NCBI RefSeq assembly: GCF_036321535.1
Contig: NC_087436.1
Location: 83,268,001 to 83,332,000 of the forward strand
Source of the DNA: Camelus dromedarius
Lineage: Eukaryota
Length of the DNA stretch: 64,000 nt
Direction of reading: 5' to 3'
Position numbers and translations under genes: made by a program. Positions 25,125 through 37,976 of this stretch are shown piece by piece. The notes below the pieces were generated by a model that had not been told where the DNA came from, searched no databases, and saw only the letters and a list, made by a program, of their open reading frames with translations. The first letter of the stretch is position 1. Every line of letters starts with the position of its first letter.

Positions 25125-25239
25125 TAATTGCTGAACTCCTGAATGTGATTGCTCTAGGGGAATTTCTGGCTTTCGTCCTCCTGATGGCCTCTGAATTTTT
25201 ATATATTGTATATGTAAATTGTATATGAATATCTGTATT

Positions 25240-26375
25240 TAATAAGTAGACTTAACTTTTAGAGCTTTTTTAGGTTCACAACAAAATTGAGTGGTAGGTA
25301 CAGAGAGTTCCTACATATTCCCTCCCCCACAAACACACACAGCCTCCCCCACTGTCAACATCCCCCATCAGAGTAGCACATTTTTTAGAGTTAGTGAACC
25401 TACATTGACACATCATCATCACCCCAAATCTGTAGTTTCCATTAGGATTCACTTTTGGTGTTGTACATTCCATAGGTGTGCACAAGGGTATAACGACAAG
25501 CATCCACCATTATAGTATCATACAGAGTATTTTCACTGCCCTAAAAATTCCCTGTGCTCCATTTGCTCATCCCTACCCCGAACACCCTGGCAAACACTGA
25601 TTTTTTTTTAATGTCTCCATAGTTTTGTCTTTTTCTGAATGCCATATATTTGGAATCACACCGTGTGTAGCCTTTTCAGATTGACTTCTTTCACTTAGCA
25701 ATATGCATTGAAGGTTTTATTTTCATGATTGACAGCTCATTTCTTTTCACTGTTGAGTAATATTTCGTTGTTTGGATGCATCATAATTTGTTGATCCATT
25801 CATCTATTGGAGGTTATCTTGGTGGTTTCCAAGTTCTGGCAATTACGAATAAAGCTGCTATAAACATTCTTGTGCAAGTTTTCGTGTGGACATAAGTTTT
25901 TAACTCATTTGGGTAAATACCAAGGAATGTGATTGCTGAATCATATGGTAAGAATATATTTAGTTTTCTAAGAAACTGCCAAACTTCTTCCAAAGTGGGT
26001 GTATCACTTTGCATTCCTACCAGCAATGAATGAGATTCCCATTATTCTACATCCCTGTCAGCATCTGGTGTTGTCCATGTGTTTTAATTTTTGCCATTCT
26101 GATTGGTATGTAGTTATATCTCATTATTTTAATTTGCAATTCCCTCATGATGTATGAAGTTAAGCATCTTCTCATATGCTTTTTTCCCATCTGTATATCA
26201 CCTTTGGTGAGGTGTTTATTCAGATCTTTTGCCCATTTTTAAAATTGGGTTGTTCATTTTCTTGTTGTTGAGCTTTAAGCGTTCTTTGAACATTTTAGGT
26301 AACAGTCTCTTATCACATATGTCTTTTGTAAATATTTCCTCCCAGTCTGTGGCCCATCTTCTCATTCTTTTTGTA
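25240..26375 (-). mobile_element. Old L1 (L1MC-like) ORF2 end and 3'UTR
   Basis: Degraded ORF2 peptides (WQFLRKLNIFLPYDSAITFLGIYP, ATDWEEIF). Confidence 0.85.
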
Positions 26376-27982
26376 TGTATTTTTTCATATGGGAATAAAT
26401 AAAAATTCAGAATCATGAGACAGATATAAATTAGAAATATTTTTTCATTAAAGACCTTTTACTTTTACTCAAAATAATCTTCCGTATCCAATGTCTATTT
26501 CCTGCCCTCATTCCTCAGTTTTCTGATTGCAGCGTTTCTCTTCTTCACTGCTAAACTCTTTCAAAGATGTGAGCAGGGATTTTTGACCCCTTGTCACTCT
26601 GATTTATGAGAAGCAAAAAACAAAGACGTGCACCCAAGGTCAAGCAGTGTTGCCTTGACTGAGCCACTATTTCTCTGTCAAAATAATTGACATTGATGAC
26701 ATTTGATTATAACTTGAATTTTCTCATTTGGCACATTGAGAGTGAATCCTCACCGGTCTCTTATAATGATAGAGCGAAGGAGAAAGAATGGAGATCTTTC
26801 TCTTGTCATGGAGTAAGATATAAAAAAAAATCGCAGAACATCCCATTCTCAGTTCCATTCCCTTATTATGATGAACACAAATCATCTCCTGGGCATGCAG
26901 TGACCTACTTCAAGGTACCTTGCTTTCTTTGCCTCTGATCGTTTAACAAGTTAGTTATTCACAGATGCAGACAAATGCCAAGAACTCCCAACTCCACTTC
27001 CATAGGACTGTGCAGAGTTTCCTAGCACAGTGGCATATGAGCCCTCAAGGAACTGGCCTCTGCCTCTCTCTAGCATCTCTTACTGTGGCCACTCGCCATC
27101 TTGGAATCAGCCATTCTGAATTATTTTCTGCCTGACAAATACTCTAGGCTGTTTCATACTTCATTATCCTTCGCTCATGCCATTCCTCCTGCCCCAAATA
27201 CCCTTCCCTCTGTTTGTCCATCTAAACCCCTATTTGTCTTTTCAGACCCAGTTTTAACACAGTGTCTTTCAGGAAGATTGTTCTAACTCTCTCCTTTTCC
27301 CGGATCCCTGGGAACTGGCCAGTCTGTCCTTTGTGTACAATGATTGATTACACACACACTCACACACACCCCTCACCTATACACCTATACTGCTTCACTG
27401 CATTCATTCACTTATATGTCTGTCTCCCCTGCTAATCTGTAAGATCTTTTGGGTCACATGCCATGTATGTTTTTTTTCTTTGTCCCTGCAGCTAGCACAG
27501 TGACTAACACATAGCAGGTTTTAAATAAATGCTTGTAAAATGAATGTAACATGTCCAGTACCAAATGTTTGGTTGTTCCTCTTAACTTGCCCAAGGAAAA
27601 AATTACTATGCAGTTATAGAACATGCCAGGAACATAGCTACTGGCAAAAAAGGAACAGCACAATTAACTTTTGTCTTTCAATTTAGAGAAATTCTAAACA
27701 TGTAAATTCTTTTCCAGTCTAGCTATAATTTTGAGCAACATAAGTTAGGGTGGCAGTACTGGAAGGAGTACTGTATTAGATCTGTCTTCTGAATTCTTTT
27801 TTGTTTGAGGTTATATATATATTTTAAATTTATATAAAAGTTATAAAAATAGAACAAAGAATTCTTATATACTCTCAGTAAAGTAAATAGCTTTCCATAG
27901 CTAGATTAAAAAAAAAAAACTGAGAGTAACATGCAGACCTGAGGTATAAACACTTCAAAACAAAAACAAAAAGAAAACAAGA

Positions 27983-29088
27983 TTTGCATTTCTCTGATAA
28001 TTAGTGATATTGAGCATTTTTTCATGTGCTTTTTGATCATTTGTATGTCTTCCTTGGAGAATTGCTTGTTTAGGTCTTCTGCCCATTTTTGGACTGGGTT
28101 GTTTATTTTTTTCTTATTGAGTCGTATGAGCTGCTTATATATTCTGGAGATCAAGCCTTTGTCGGTTTCACTTGCAAAAATTTTCTCCCATTCCGTAGGT
28201 TTTCTTCTTGTTTTATTTCTGGTTTCCTTTGCTGTGCAGAAGCTTGTAAGTTTCATTAGGTCCCATTTGTTTATTCTTGCCACACCAGTCAGAATGGCCA
28301 TCATTCAAAAATCCACAAATGACAAATGCTGGAGAGGCTGTGGAGAAAGGGGAACCCTCCTACACTGCTGGTGGGAATGCAGTTTGGTGCAGCCACTATG
28401 GAAAACAGTGTGGAGATTCCTCAAAAGACTAGGAATAGACTTACCATATGACCCAGGAATCCCACTCCTGGGCTTGTATCCAGAAGGAAATCTACTTCAG
28501 GATGACACCTGCACCCCAATGTTCATAGCAGCACTATTTACAATAGCCAAAACATGGAAACAGCCTAAATGTCCATCAACAGGTGACTGGATAAAGAAGA
28601 GGTGGTATATTTATACAATGGAATACTACTCAGCCATAAAAACCGACAACATAATGCCATTTGCAGCAACATGGATGCTCCTGGAGAATGTCATTCTAAG
28701 TGAAGTAAGCCAGAAAGAGAAAGAAAAATACCATATGAGATCGCTCATATGTGGAATCTAAAAAACAAAAACAAAAACAAACAAACAAACAAAAACAAAG
28801 CGTAAATAAAGGACAGAAATAGACTCACAGACAGAGAATACAGACTTGTGGTTACCAGGGGGGTGGAGGGTGGGAAGGGATAGACTGGGATTTCAAAATT
28901 GTAGAATAGACTACACTGTATAGCACAGGGAAATATACACAAAATGTTATGATAACTCACAGAGAAAAAAACGTGACAATGAGTGTGTATATGTCCATGA
29001 ATAACTGAAAAATTGTGCTGAACACTGGAATTTGACACAACATTGTAAAATGATTATAAATCAATAAATCAACATTAGCTTAAAAAAA
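27983..29088 (+). mobile_element. Young 5'-truncated, 5'-inverted L1
   Basis: Antisense ORF2 segment 27983-~28279, sense ORF2 C-terminus plus 3'UTR and poly-A; 15-bp TSD AAAAAGAAAACAAGA (27968-27982 / 29089-29103). Confidence 0.92.
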
Positions 29089-29406
29089 AAAAAGAAAACA
29101 AGAGATATTATATTATCAGAGTATAATTACCAAAATCAGGACATTGATATTGATACAGTGTTATTGTATAACGGTCAGATTTCAGTTTGATCAGTCATCC
29201 CATTAATGTTCTTTTATAGCAGAAGAAAAAACATTTCTGGTTCAGGATCCAACCTCGGATCAAACATTGCATTTAGATATCATGTCTCATTTGTCTGTTT
29301 TAATATGAAATAGTTCCTTCATTTTTTTTTTTTTTGTCTTTCATGATCTTGCCATTTTGAAGCATTCAAGCCAGTTACTTTACAGCAAGTTCATTCCTTG
29401 ATTTGA

Positions 29407-30049
29407 TTTTGTTTTTTAAATTGAAGTGTAGTCAGTTACAATGTGTCAGTTTCTGGTATACAGCATGATATTCCAGTCATGCATATATATATACATATAT
29501 TCACTTCATTAAAAGTTATTACAAGATATTGAATATAATTCCCTGTGATATACAGAAGAAATTTGTTTTTTTAAACCTATTTATATGTATATTGGTTAAC
29601 ATTTACAAATCTCAAACTCCCAAATTTATCCCTTCACACCCCCTTTCCCTCGGTAACCATAAGATTGTTTACTATGTCTGCTAGTCTGTTTCTGTTTTGT
29701 AAATGAGTTCATTAGTGTCCTCTTTTTTCCTTTTTCTTTTTTGGATTCCACATAAGAGTGATATCGTATGACATTTTTCTTTCTCTTTTTGGCTTACTTC
29801 ACTTAGAATGACGATCTCCAGGTCCATCCATGTTGCTGCAAGTGGCATTATTTTATTCTTTTTTATGGCCGAGTAGTATTCCATTGTATAAATATACCAC
29901 AGCTTCTTTATCCAGTCATCTTTCACTGGACATTTAGGTTGTTTCCATGTCTTGGCTATTGTATATAGTGCTGCTGTGAACATTGGGGTGCATGTATCTT
30001 TTTGAATTAGAGTTCCTTCCAGACATATGTCCAGGAGTGGGGTTACTGG
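29407..30049 (-). mobile_element. Lineage-specific 5'-truncated L1
   Basis: ORF2 C-terminus ([18 protein letters not shown]...) and 3'UTR; TSD CTTGATTTGA (29397-29406 / 30050-30059). Confidence 0.88.
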
Positions 30050-30854
30050 CTTGATTTGAGAGTCAGGTTATACATTTTGCCAGGAATACCACAGAATGAT
30101 GCTGTGTCCTTCTCAGTGCATCAGTCAACCAAGTAGCATTACCAGTGATACTAACTCTAAACATTTTATTAAGGTGGTGCCTGCAAGTTATCTCTGCTGT
30201 AAATCACTATTTTTCTCTATGTAGTTAATAAGTATCTTATGCGGATGAGGTTATATTTAAAGCTAAATAAAAAGGAGAGAGTGTAAGTTTTCCTAAGAGA
30301 TCTAATGGGAAATTGTTTAGCTCTGTTATTTGACCTTCCTCAAGATTACATATTTAAACTAGAAGACTGTTTGAAAATGACAATCTTCTCATATTTTGAG
30401 TGCTTCAGCCACAAAATTATTTATGGAAGCAAGATGTACCTTGGAATTCTGTAGAGCTAAATATTAAAGCCTTAAGTAAATGGGAGTCCTGCATTCAGCA
30501 GCTCCTCAAGCGGATGAAGCTATTGTTTCTACAATGCTCTATGCATTTGGCTCACTGTTGGCTTACTTTTGAAGAACTTCTGACAGGAAGATAATGTCCT
30601 ATGCTATTAGTCATACTTTACAATCAAAAGAACAGGTTTATGTTGGTATTAAAGCAATGAGTCTAACTTTCAGTCTCTTTGTTCAACCCACATATTCTTT
30701 GAGAACTGTGCTGAAATTGTACAGGTGATTTGATCCATGTTTACTTGTTTTCCAGAGTTATAAATCTAGCACAATAAATAGAATGCTTTTAAACTTCTCT
30801 TTCCAATGGTTCTGTCATGGTAAAGGAATCGTGGGTATTTTTATGCTTGTTAAT

Positions 30855-32330
30855 TTTTTGAGGTATGATTGACAAAAAATTGCGTGTATTTAAGGTGTCA
30901 ATGTGATGATATTCTGATATACATATACACTGAAATGATTATCATGATTAAGCTAATTAACTTATCTATTACCTCACGTAGTTGGGTAGGTAGTGAGAAC
31001 ATTTATGGTTTACTTTCTTACTATCAAAATATATAGGGCATTTTTCACAGAACTAGAACAAAAAATTTTTAAATTTGTATGGAAAAATAAAAGACCCCAG
31101 ATAGCCAAAACAATCTTGAGATTGAAGTAGAATGGAGCTGGGAGGCATCACTTTCCCTGACTTAGACTTTACCACAGAGCTACAATAATGAAAACAGTAT
31201 GGGACTCGCACAAAACAGACACATAGATCAATGGAACAGGATAGAGAGTCTAGAAATAAATCGATGCATTTATGGTCAAGTAATCTATGACAAAGGAGGC
31301 AAGAATATACAATGGAGAAAAGATAGTCTTTTCAATTAGTGATGCTTGGAAAACTGGACAGCTACATGTAAAAGAATGAAATTAGAACATTCTCTAATAC
31401 CATATACAAAAAAGCTCAAAATGGATTAAAGGCCTAAATATAAGACTGTAAACCATAAAACTAGAGGAAAGCATAGAACACTCTTTGACATAAATCATAG
31501 CAATATTTTTTTTGGTCTGTCTCCTAAAGCAAAAAAAAAAAAAAAATCACAAAAGCAAAAAATAAACAAATAGGACCTAATTAATCTTAAAAGCTTTTGC
31601 ATAGCAAAGGATTCCCTCAACAAACAAAAAGACAACCTACAAAATGGGAGATGATAAGGAGTTAATATTCAAAATATATAAATAGCTCAAATAACTCAAC
31701 ATCAAAAACAAGCAACCAATTAGAAAAATCGGCTTTTTAAAATTTGCATTTTTTAAATTGAAGTATAGTCAGGTTACAATGTTATGCCAATTTCTGGTGT
31801 ACAGCATAATGTTTCAGTCTTACATATACATAATATATTCATTTTCATATTCTTTTTCATTATGGAGTACCACAAGATACTGAATACATTACTTTGTACA
31901 AGGGTTCCCTTTTCTCCACATCCTCACCAACATTTGTTATTTGTGCTCTTTTTGATGATAGCCATTCTGACAGGTGTGAGGTGATACCACATTGTGTGTT
32001 TAATTTGCATTTCTCTGATGATTAAGTATATTGAACATCTTCTCATGTGCGTTTAGTAGTTTTAATTGTTCATTTTTTTTACTAGATTCCTTAGGATTTT
32101 CTATATATAAGGTTATAATATCTGCATATAGAGATAGTTTTGCTTCTTCATTTACAACTCTAGATGCCTTTTATTTTATTTTATTGTCTAATTGCTCTTC
32201 TAGAACCTCCATCATGATGTTGAATAGAAATGGCAAGAGCAGACATCTTTGCCTTATTCCTGATCTTAGGAGGAAAACATTGTCTTTCACTATTAAGTAT
32301 TATGTTGACTATGGGCTTTTTGTAGGTGGT
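30855..32330. mobile_element. Mosaic of L1 fragments in both orientations
   Basis: L1 3' end (-), ORF2 segment (+, ~31025-31730), then younger and older (-) fragments. Confidence 0.8.
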
Positions 32331-34220
32331 GTAATGATCTTTGAAAGAATTTATAATGGTTACATTTCTCTCTGACACAGTTGCATTACCTAAATACAAT
32401 AGCATGATAGAATTTGACAAAATTGGGATTAATATGAAGCAAGGAATAGGGTTATATCTTGTTGTTTTATCTGTAACTACCAGCCACCTTCATCTTTGTG
32501 CTTGCCCTGCCCATAACCTCCACCAAAGGAACTGATCCACCATTGGACCCTGCTGCCTTAGGAGCCATACGTGGTACTGTGATGGTATCTTCCTTCTTCC
32601 CCATCCTTCAACTCCATTTATTGGACTGGATTAACTATCTGACCCAAGAATCCTCAGGCGAGACAGTAATCTTCACCCTGTAAGGCCAGATTCAAAAAGA
32701 TTAATTTGACTAAATGAATTCTCTTTCTCATGAATTGGACCTAAGGAATAAAGCAAAAAATTATCAGTTACTGGTGGAAGCTTTCACCAAAAATTTATGA
32801 GACGGAATCAGGACTTGGGAGGCCATAATGGACCATCTATGAGCTAAAATTATGGGGAAGTGGAAATTAAAAATAAGCAGAAGCAGTTATTAAAGCAAGA
32901 TAGAAAGAATTAGATTCATAGAATAGAACTGAGTAACACTAACTTCAGAGTAGTAGAGGAACGATTCTTGAATTTCTGCATCTAAAGTATCTAGAATGAG
33001 CTTGAATCCAAAACAGATTTCCAGCTTTAGTTCTTGGATTTCCATGAAATCCTAGGTTCCTTATTCCTCCACATGAGTTAACTTAAAAGGGTCTTTTTGC
33101 TTTTAAATAAATGAAATAACTAAAAACATTCAGAATGAACTTGTCATATTTGACAATAACTTTTTTTCTCAAGTGTCTTGAACTCTAAAGAGAAAGACAT
33201 GGGAAAAGAGTATGGAAATTATTTTGGGGGTAGTAAAGGATACAACCTATGTTGCTTAATGTTGTTATTAGTTGTTATAAATATGATCAGTGTTGACTAA
33301 ATAATTCCTATTGAGGAGAGATGTTTGGTAAGGTTCTAATAATAATATTGTTAAAATGACAATATTGTGCATGATAAATTCTTCAAGGATAAGGCATTTG
33401 GGAAGAAACCTTGTCAATGGGGAATATCCCCTAAGGATTTAAAATGGTTTGATGGTGGCACCAGTTATAGATAATACAAATGGCAAGAGGCTCTGTCTTG
33501 GCAGCTGGCACATGATTTCAGATGAAGAGTAAATTGTGAAGATGAGGTAAGTAAAATGATTGAGATTAGTTAGAGTTGGGCTTTATACAATAATGGCTGC
33601 TATTTAGTGAGGTGTAGAGTACAATTTTTCCCATCTGACTTTGATTAAGGCTGCTCAGCTGCCAACAAGGACTTTGTTAATGGAAGACAGGAAGAACTAA
33701 TGATGGGAAGAGTTAGCATGTAATTGAGATTCACTGCAATTTTTGACATGTTAGAAGAGCACATGAGAAGCTAGTGGGATACCTTGACATTTAACTGGGA
33801 GAGATAAGGACTCCTCGGGTAGTCAGAATTGTGGTAACTGAGTTTACTACATTCATTAATTGGTTAGTAATCATGCTTTGTTAATTATAGCAAATATAGT
33901 AAAAGGTGATGCTGCTTTTGTTGATTTTTGGATAATAAATTTGGGTAGGGTGTTAATTTCCAGGCTTAATCAAGCTAATGTTCATGGAGAGCCAAACATA
34001 AGATCTAGAATTAAAATAAATAAAACAATTATCACCCTGGTGAACTTTAGTATAGAAATGATATGGTATAAGCCAACATTTTGAGTGTGGATTCAACAAT
34101 TTAATTAATTGACTTCACCTAAATGTAGTGGAGTGTAAGCATGAAAGTTTTGCATTCTCTTATACAGGTGTGAGTCCTAAAATTTATTCCTTCAAAGTAA
34201 CTCTTACTCATTTTTATGAT

Positions 34221-34702
34221 TGCGTATTAATCAGGATTTTCCAGAGAAACAAAGCCAGTGGCGTATATATATATACATCTATATATATATATATATATAT
34301 ATAGATGTATAAGAGGAGATTTATTGTAGAAATTGGCTCAGGTGAACATGGAGGCCAGGAAGTTCCATGCTCTGCCATCTGTAAGCTGGAGAACCAGGAA
34401 GGGCTGGTGGTATAATTCCGTCTAAGTCTGAATGCCTGAGAACCTGGAGCACAGATGTCCCAGCACAAGTAGAGAGCATGTAATCCCTTCCTCCACCTTT
34501 ATATTTTATTTAGTTCCTCAGTGGATTGGATGACTCCCACCCACATTGCTGACGGGGATCTTCTTCACTCCTGATTTACTACCTATTCAAGTGCTAATCT
34601 CTTCTTGAAACACCCTTACAGACACACCCAGAAATAATGCTATACCAGCTTTCTGGGCATCTCTTAGCCTAGTCAAGTTGGCAGATAAAATTCACTGTCA
34701 CA
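34221..34702. mobile_element. ERVL MLT2-type solo LTR with a (TA)n tract
   Basis: ttccagagaaacaaagcc, aattggctca, cagacacacccagaaataat, caagttg...tcaca. Confidence 0.8.
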
Positions 34703-35117
34703 CATATGCATGTTATTGTGAGGCAGCTTGAGATATGTTTAAAACACATGGTTGTTTAAGGTGGAGAGAATTTATTCACAAGAGACTATGGGGTATACCA
34801 GAAGTAGAGATTTAATTAAACTCATCGAGTTATGGTATATGTTTTTATATGGCTAATTTTTGGTAATTGTGATAGACTTTGATATAAAATCCTCTTGAAA
34901 AAATGGTATTTAGCGTATTTATTGAAAATTACATTGCCATGTTCTACTAATAAAACCTTTCCAGTGGGTGTGAAGAATTTTTATATCACCTGAAATAAAT
35001 TTAAATTTACTTACAGTTCTGGTATGATTATGGTTGCTTAAATAAGGATGTGGATAAATCCTACGATTATCAGAGATTGAGCAGGAATATTATATTCCTT
35101 AGTTAAATTTGACATCA

Positions 35118-35582
35118 TGATGGTAACAAAAAATAATTAATAGTCTAAGAAAAAAATGGAAATTTTATTTGAGACAACCTGAGGATTATAACTCAGGAGA
35201 CTGTCACTCAGAGAGCTCTGTGAACTGTTCTGAAGAGATAAAGGGGGAGGCCAGTATATATGTGATTTTGGCCAAGGGGGTACGTGCCATCAAGCACACA
35301 TCTCAGTAGAAGGTGGCTGCTAGTCATGAGGAACAGACATCTTAGTTAATGGTTTTAGAGTTTTTCTAAGTGTGGGAAGATGGAAGAATCCGGGCTCATA
35401 AAAATTTTCTCCTGAAAATATCTAACTATTGGAGGGTCAGGGTCAGTTCTGTCAGTTTTCCCAGAGCACAAAATGTCTCATCCTGATCTTCACCCTGAAT
35501 TCCTTTCAGGGTGTATTGTAGGTCAGTGACTGCAGTGGCTAATGACTTGATTCTTGTAGAACTGGGTGCAACCTTCTTTACA
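35118..35582 (-). mobile_element. MER41-like ERV1 solo LTR
   Basis: ctcagagagctctgtgaactgttctgaagag, gaggaacagacatcttagttaatg, ttcaccctgaattcctttcaggg resemble artiodactyl MER41-type LTRs; polyA signal tttatt near 35165; ends approximate. Confidence 0.65.
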
Positions 35583-37840
35583 GTCCCTCAGGGAATGAAC
35601 ATTCAATTTCAATAAAGTGTGGGAAGTGCTAAAAATGGGGAAGTTAAGAATGCGATAGGAGCACATAGCAGGGCTCTTAAATTATTCTGGGGTAAAACAA
35701 AGAAAGTTTTCATGATGAAGTGACATTTATGTCAAGACTGTAAAGATGAGGAATTAAGCATTGGGAGGGGGAGGAGGAGAAAAGTGTTTCAAGCAAAATC
35801 TACAGTTACATGAAGGTCTGAGGGTCAGAGAGAACATATTAATGATGATTCTTGTAGAGAGCATAGCAAGTTATTTCATATTATATATATCTTACTTATT
35901 CAATTAGAGTATAACTAATGTCATGAACACAGCTATATACATATAGAATGCTTTCTTTTCAGTGAATTTAATTGTGAATCATCATGTGCTCCTTTCACTT
36001 TTCACACCTTTCTTTTTCTGTCATCTCAGTGAAACTTCTCAGTGACAGCCAGTGGTTCAAGGTCCCTCAGTTCAGGGTTGATTGTATTAAAACTTTATTT
36101 CCTGAGCACAATGCACTCTGCCTATGTTATCTCATATAATTCTCCCAACAACCTTGCCAGCAAGTATTAGTATCTCCAACTTATACACGGGGAAACTGAG
36201 CCTCACATAAATAATATGTCCAAGGTCACAGATGGTGAGGATGCCAACTCCTGTCTGTCTGCCTCCCTAGTCCATTCTTTTTGCACTTGGTTTTACTGCC
36301 TATAAATTACAGAGTGGATTGTGAGAGGCCATGTTTCAGAAAATGAATTAAGCTTTTTGACATTGAAAGCCTGTCATGAGACTCTTTTCTATTCACCCCT
36401 CATTCTAAAAATTCTTCACTCTGAAAATAAATAACAAAGGAAAAAAAAAAACAACTTTACTCCATTCTCCCATCCACACTACTGCCTTTGAAAAACTCAT
36501 CTGTACTAAACGAAACTAGAGATTCCTTAAGTCCCAAATTCCTTGGTTTACCTGCTTTAATATTTGAAAATGTGTTCATCAGGAACACATTCCTGTTCAT
36601 CAGGAAATGTGCTCCTTTATAGAAATTCATTCCTTTATGCTTCGGTTTAAACCAAACGTCTCACTGATGTACTCCACGGCAGGGAGAGGACGGAGAGGAA
36701 AGGGAAGCAATATTCAGAGGCCCGATGCCAGGACCTGTGCTAGACCCTCGAAAGACATTAGCTTATTTCATCCTCAGCATGGACTGTAGCGTGGAGCTTA
36801 TAATTCTCCTTTGACAAGGAAGGAAACATGGACACAGCTACCTGAGCTGCAGAGCTGAGATTTGAACTCTTGCTGGTAAGTATTCAAAGTCCACGGTTTC
36901 TCTACTACCCTGTGCTGACTATTCGTTTATTTCTTCCAAATTTTTCATTGAGAGAATCTGCGTGATATCATTGAGAATATTAAGATGATAATTTAGCTCA
37001 GTTATTTAACAAGACCCTTGTTTTCTAATTGGCTCTGTATTGCTGTTGGGCCTGGTGTGTAATAAAATTCTGAATATTTAATACATTACATGCTCATTTA
37101 AGTTTTCACCCCAGAATCTGGCTGCTTGTCACCATGTATATATGCAGTTTCTATCGTTTAACTTTTCTTCCTAAGTATACTGCTTTGAATTCATTCTTAT
37201 TGTTTATTTTCCCGCATTGCGTCCGATGCACTGTCATATATCCGTGTACCTATGGAAGTCACTGTGTATGCCCTGAACCTTGATGTTTTGCTCTCCAGGC
37301 CGCGCACATCTATTCTCCCAGCTCTGTGGGTTTGGCCAGAAGGACCTTGAAATTTGTGGGCCTGGCCTCAATCCCCAGCATCCCGGTTGCCCGCCTTTGG
37401 AGAATGGACAGCTCCTGGTATGTAGGGCTGCGCATGCGTCTAGGACTGAGGCCCCTTGAAGCGGGAAGTAGCGAGGAACTGGAGAATTCAGCTCCTCTCT
37501 GATTCCTCTGTCGGTTATAATGCTTCTCCCCTAATTTAATTCTGTGTCCAGTATAGTGCCCACTTCTCCCTATTTTGTTATTTAAACAGTTACCTCGCCA
37601 CATCACACCTTGCTAGAGTGGTGTGGAGAGGCAGGGGAACGGAGGCAAAGACGAAGTCTGAACAGGTGGTTGAGAACACTGAGGGCTTCTTTCTTTTTCC
37701 GTGGAGCTACTGGCATTCTTAAAGGGTTTCACTCCATGCATGGTGCGGTGTAGATGTAGAAATAGCCAGTTTAAAAATTTCAAATTATTTAAAGCGGGAT
37801 ACTATACAGAGTTATTGTTGTTTTTAAGAACAACAACAAC

Positions 37841-37896
37841 AAAAAGAAAGGAAAGAAAGAAAGGAAAGAGAAAGGAAGAAAGGAAGGAAGGAAGGA

Positions 37897-37956
<60 letters not shown>

Positions 37957-37976
37957 AAAGGAAAAAGAAAAGAAAG
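37841..37976 (+). repeat. Compound (GAAA)n/(GGAA)n purine microsatellite
   Basis: Directly visible. Confidence 0.95.

Noticed and set aside
28024..28761. Longest ORF in the window (245 aa)
   Set aside because: Chimera of antisense and sense L1 ORF2 across an inversion junction; not a host gene
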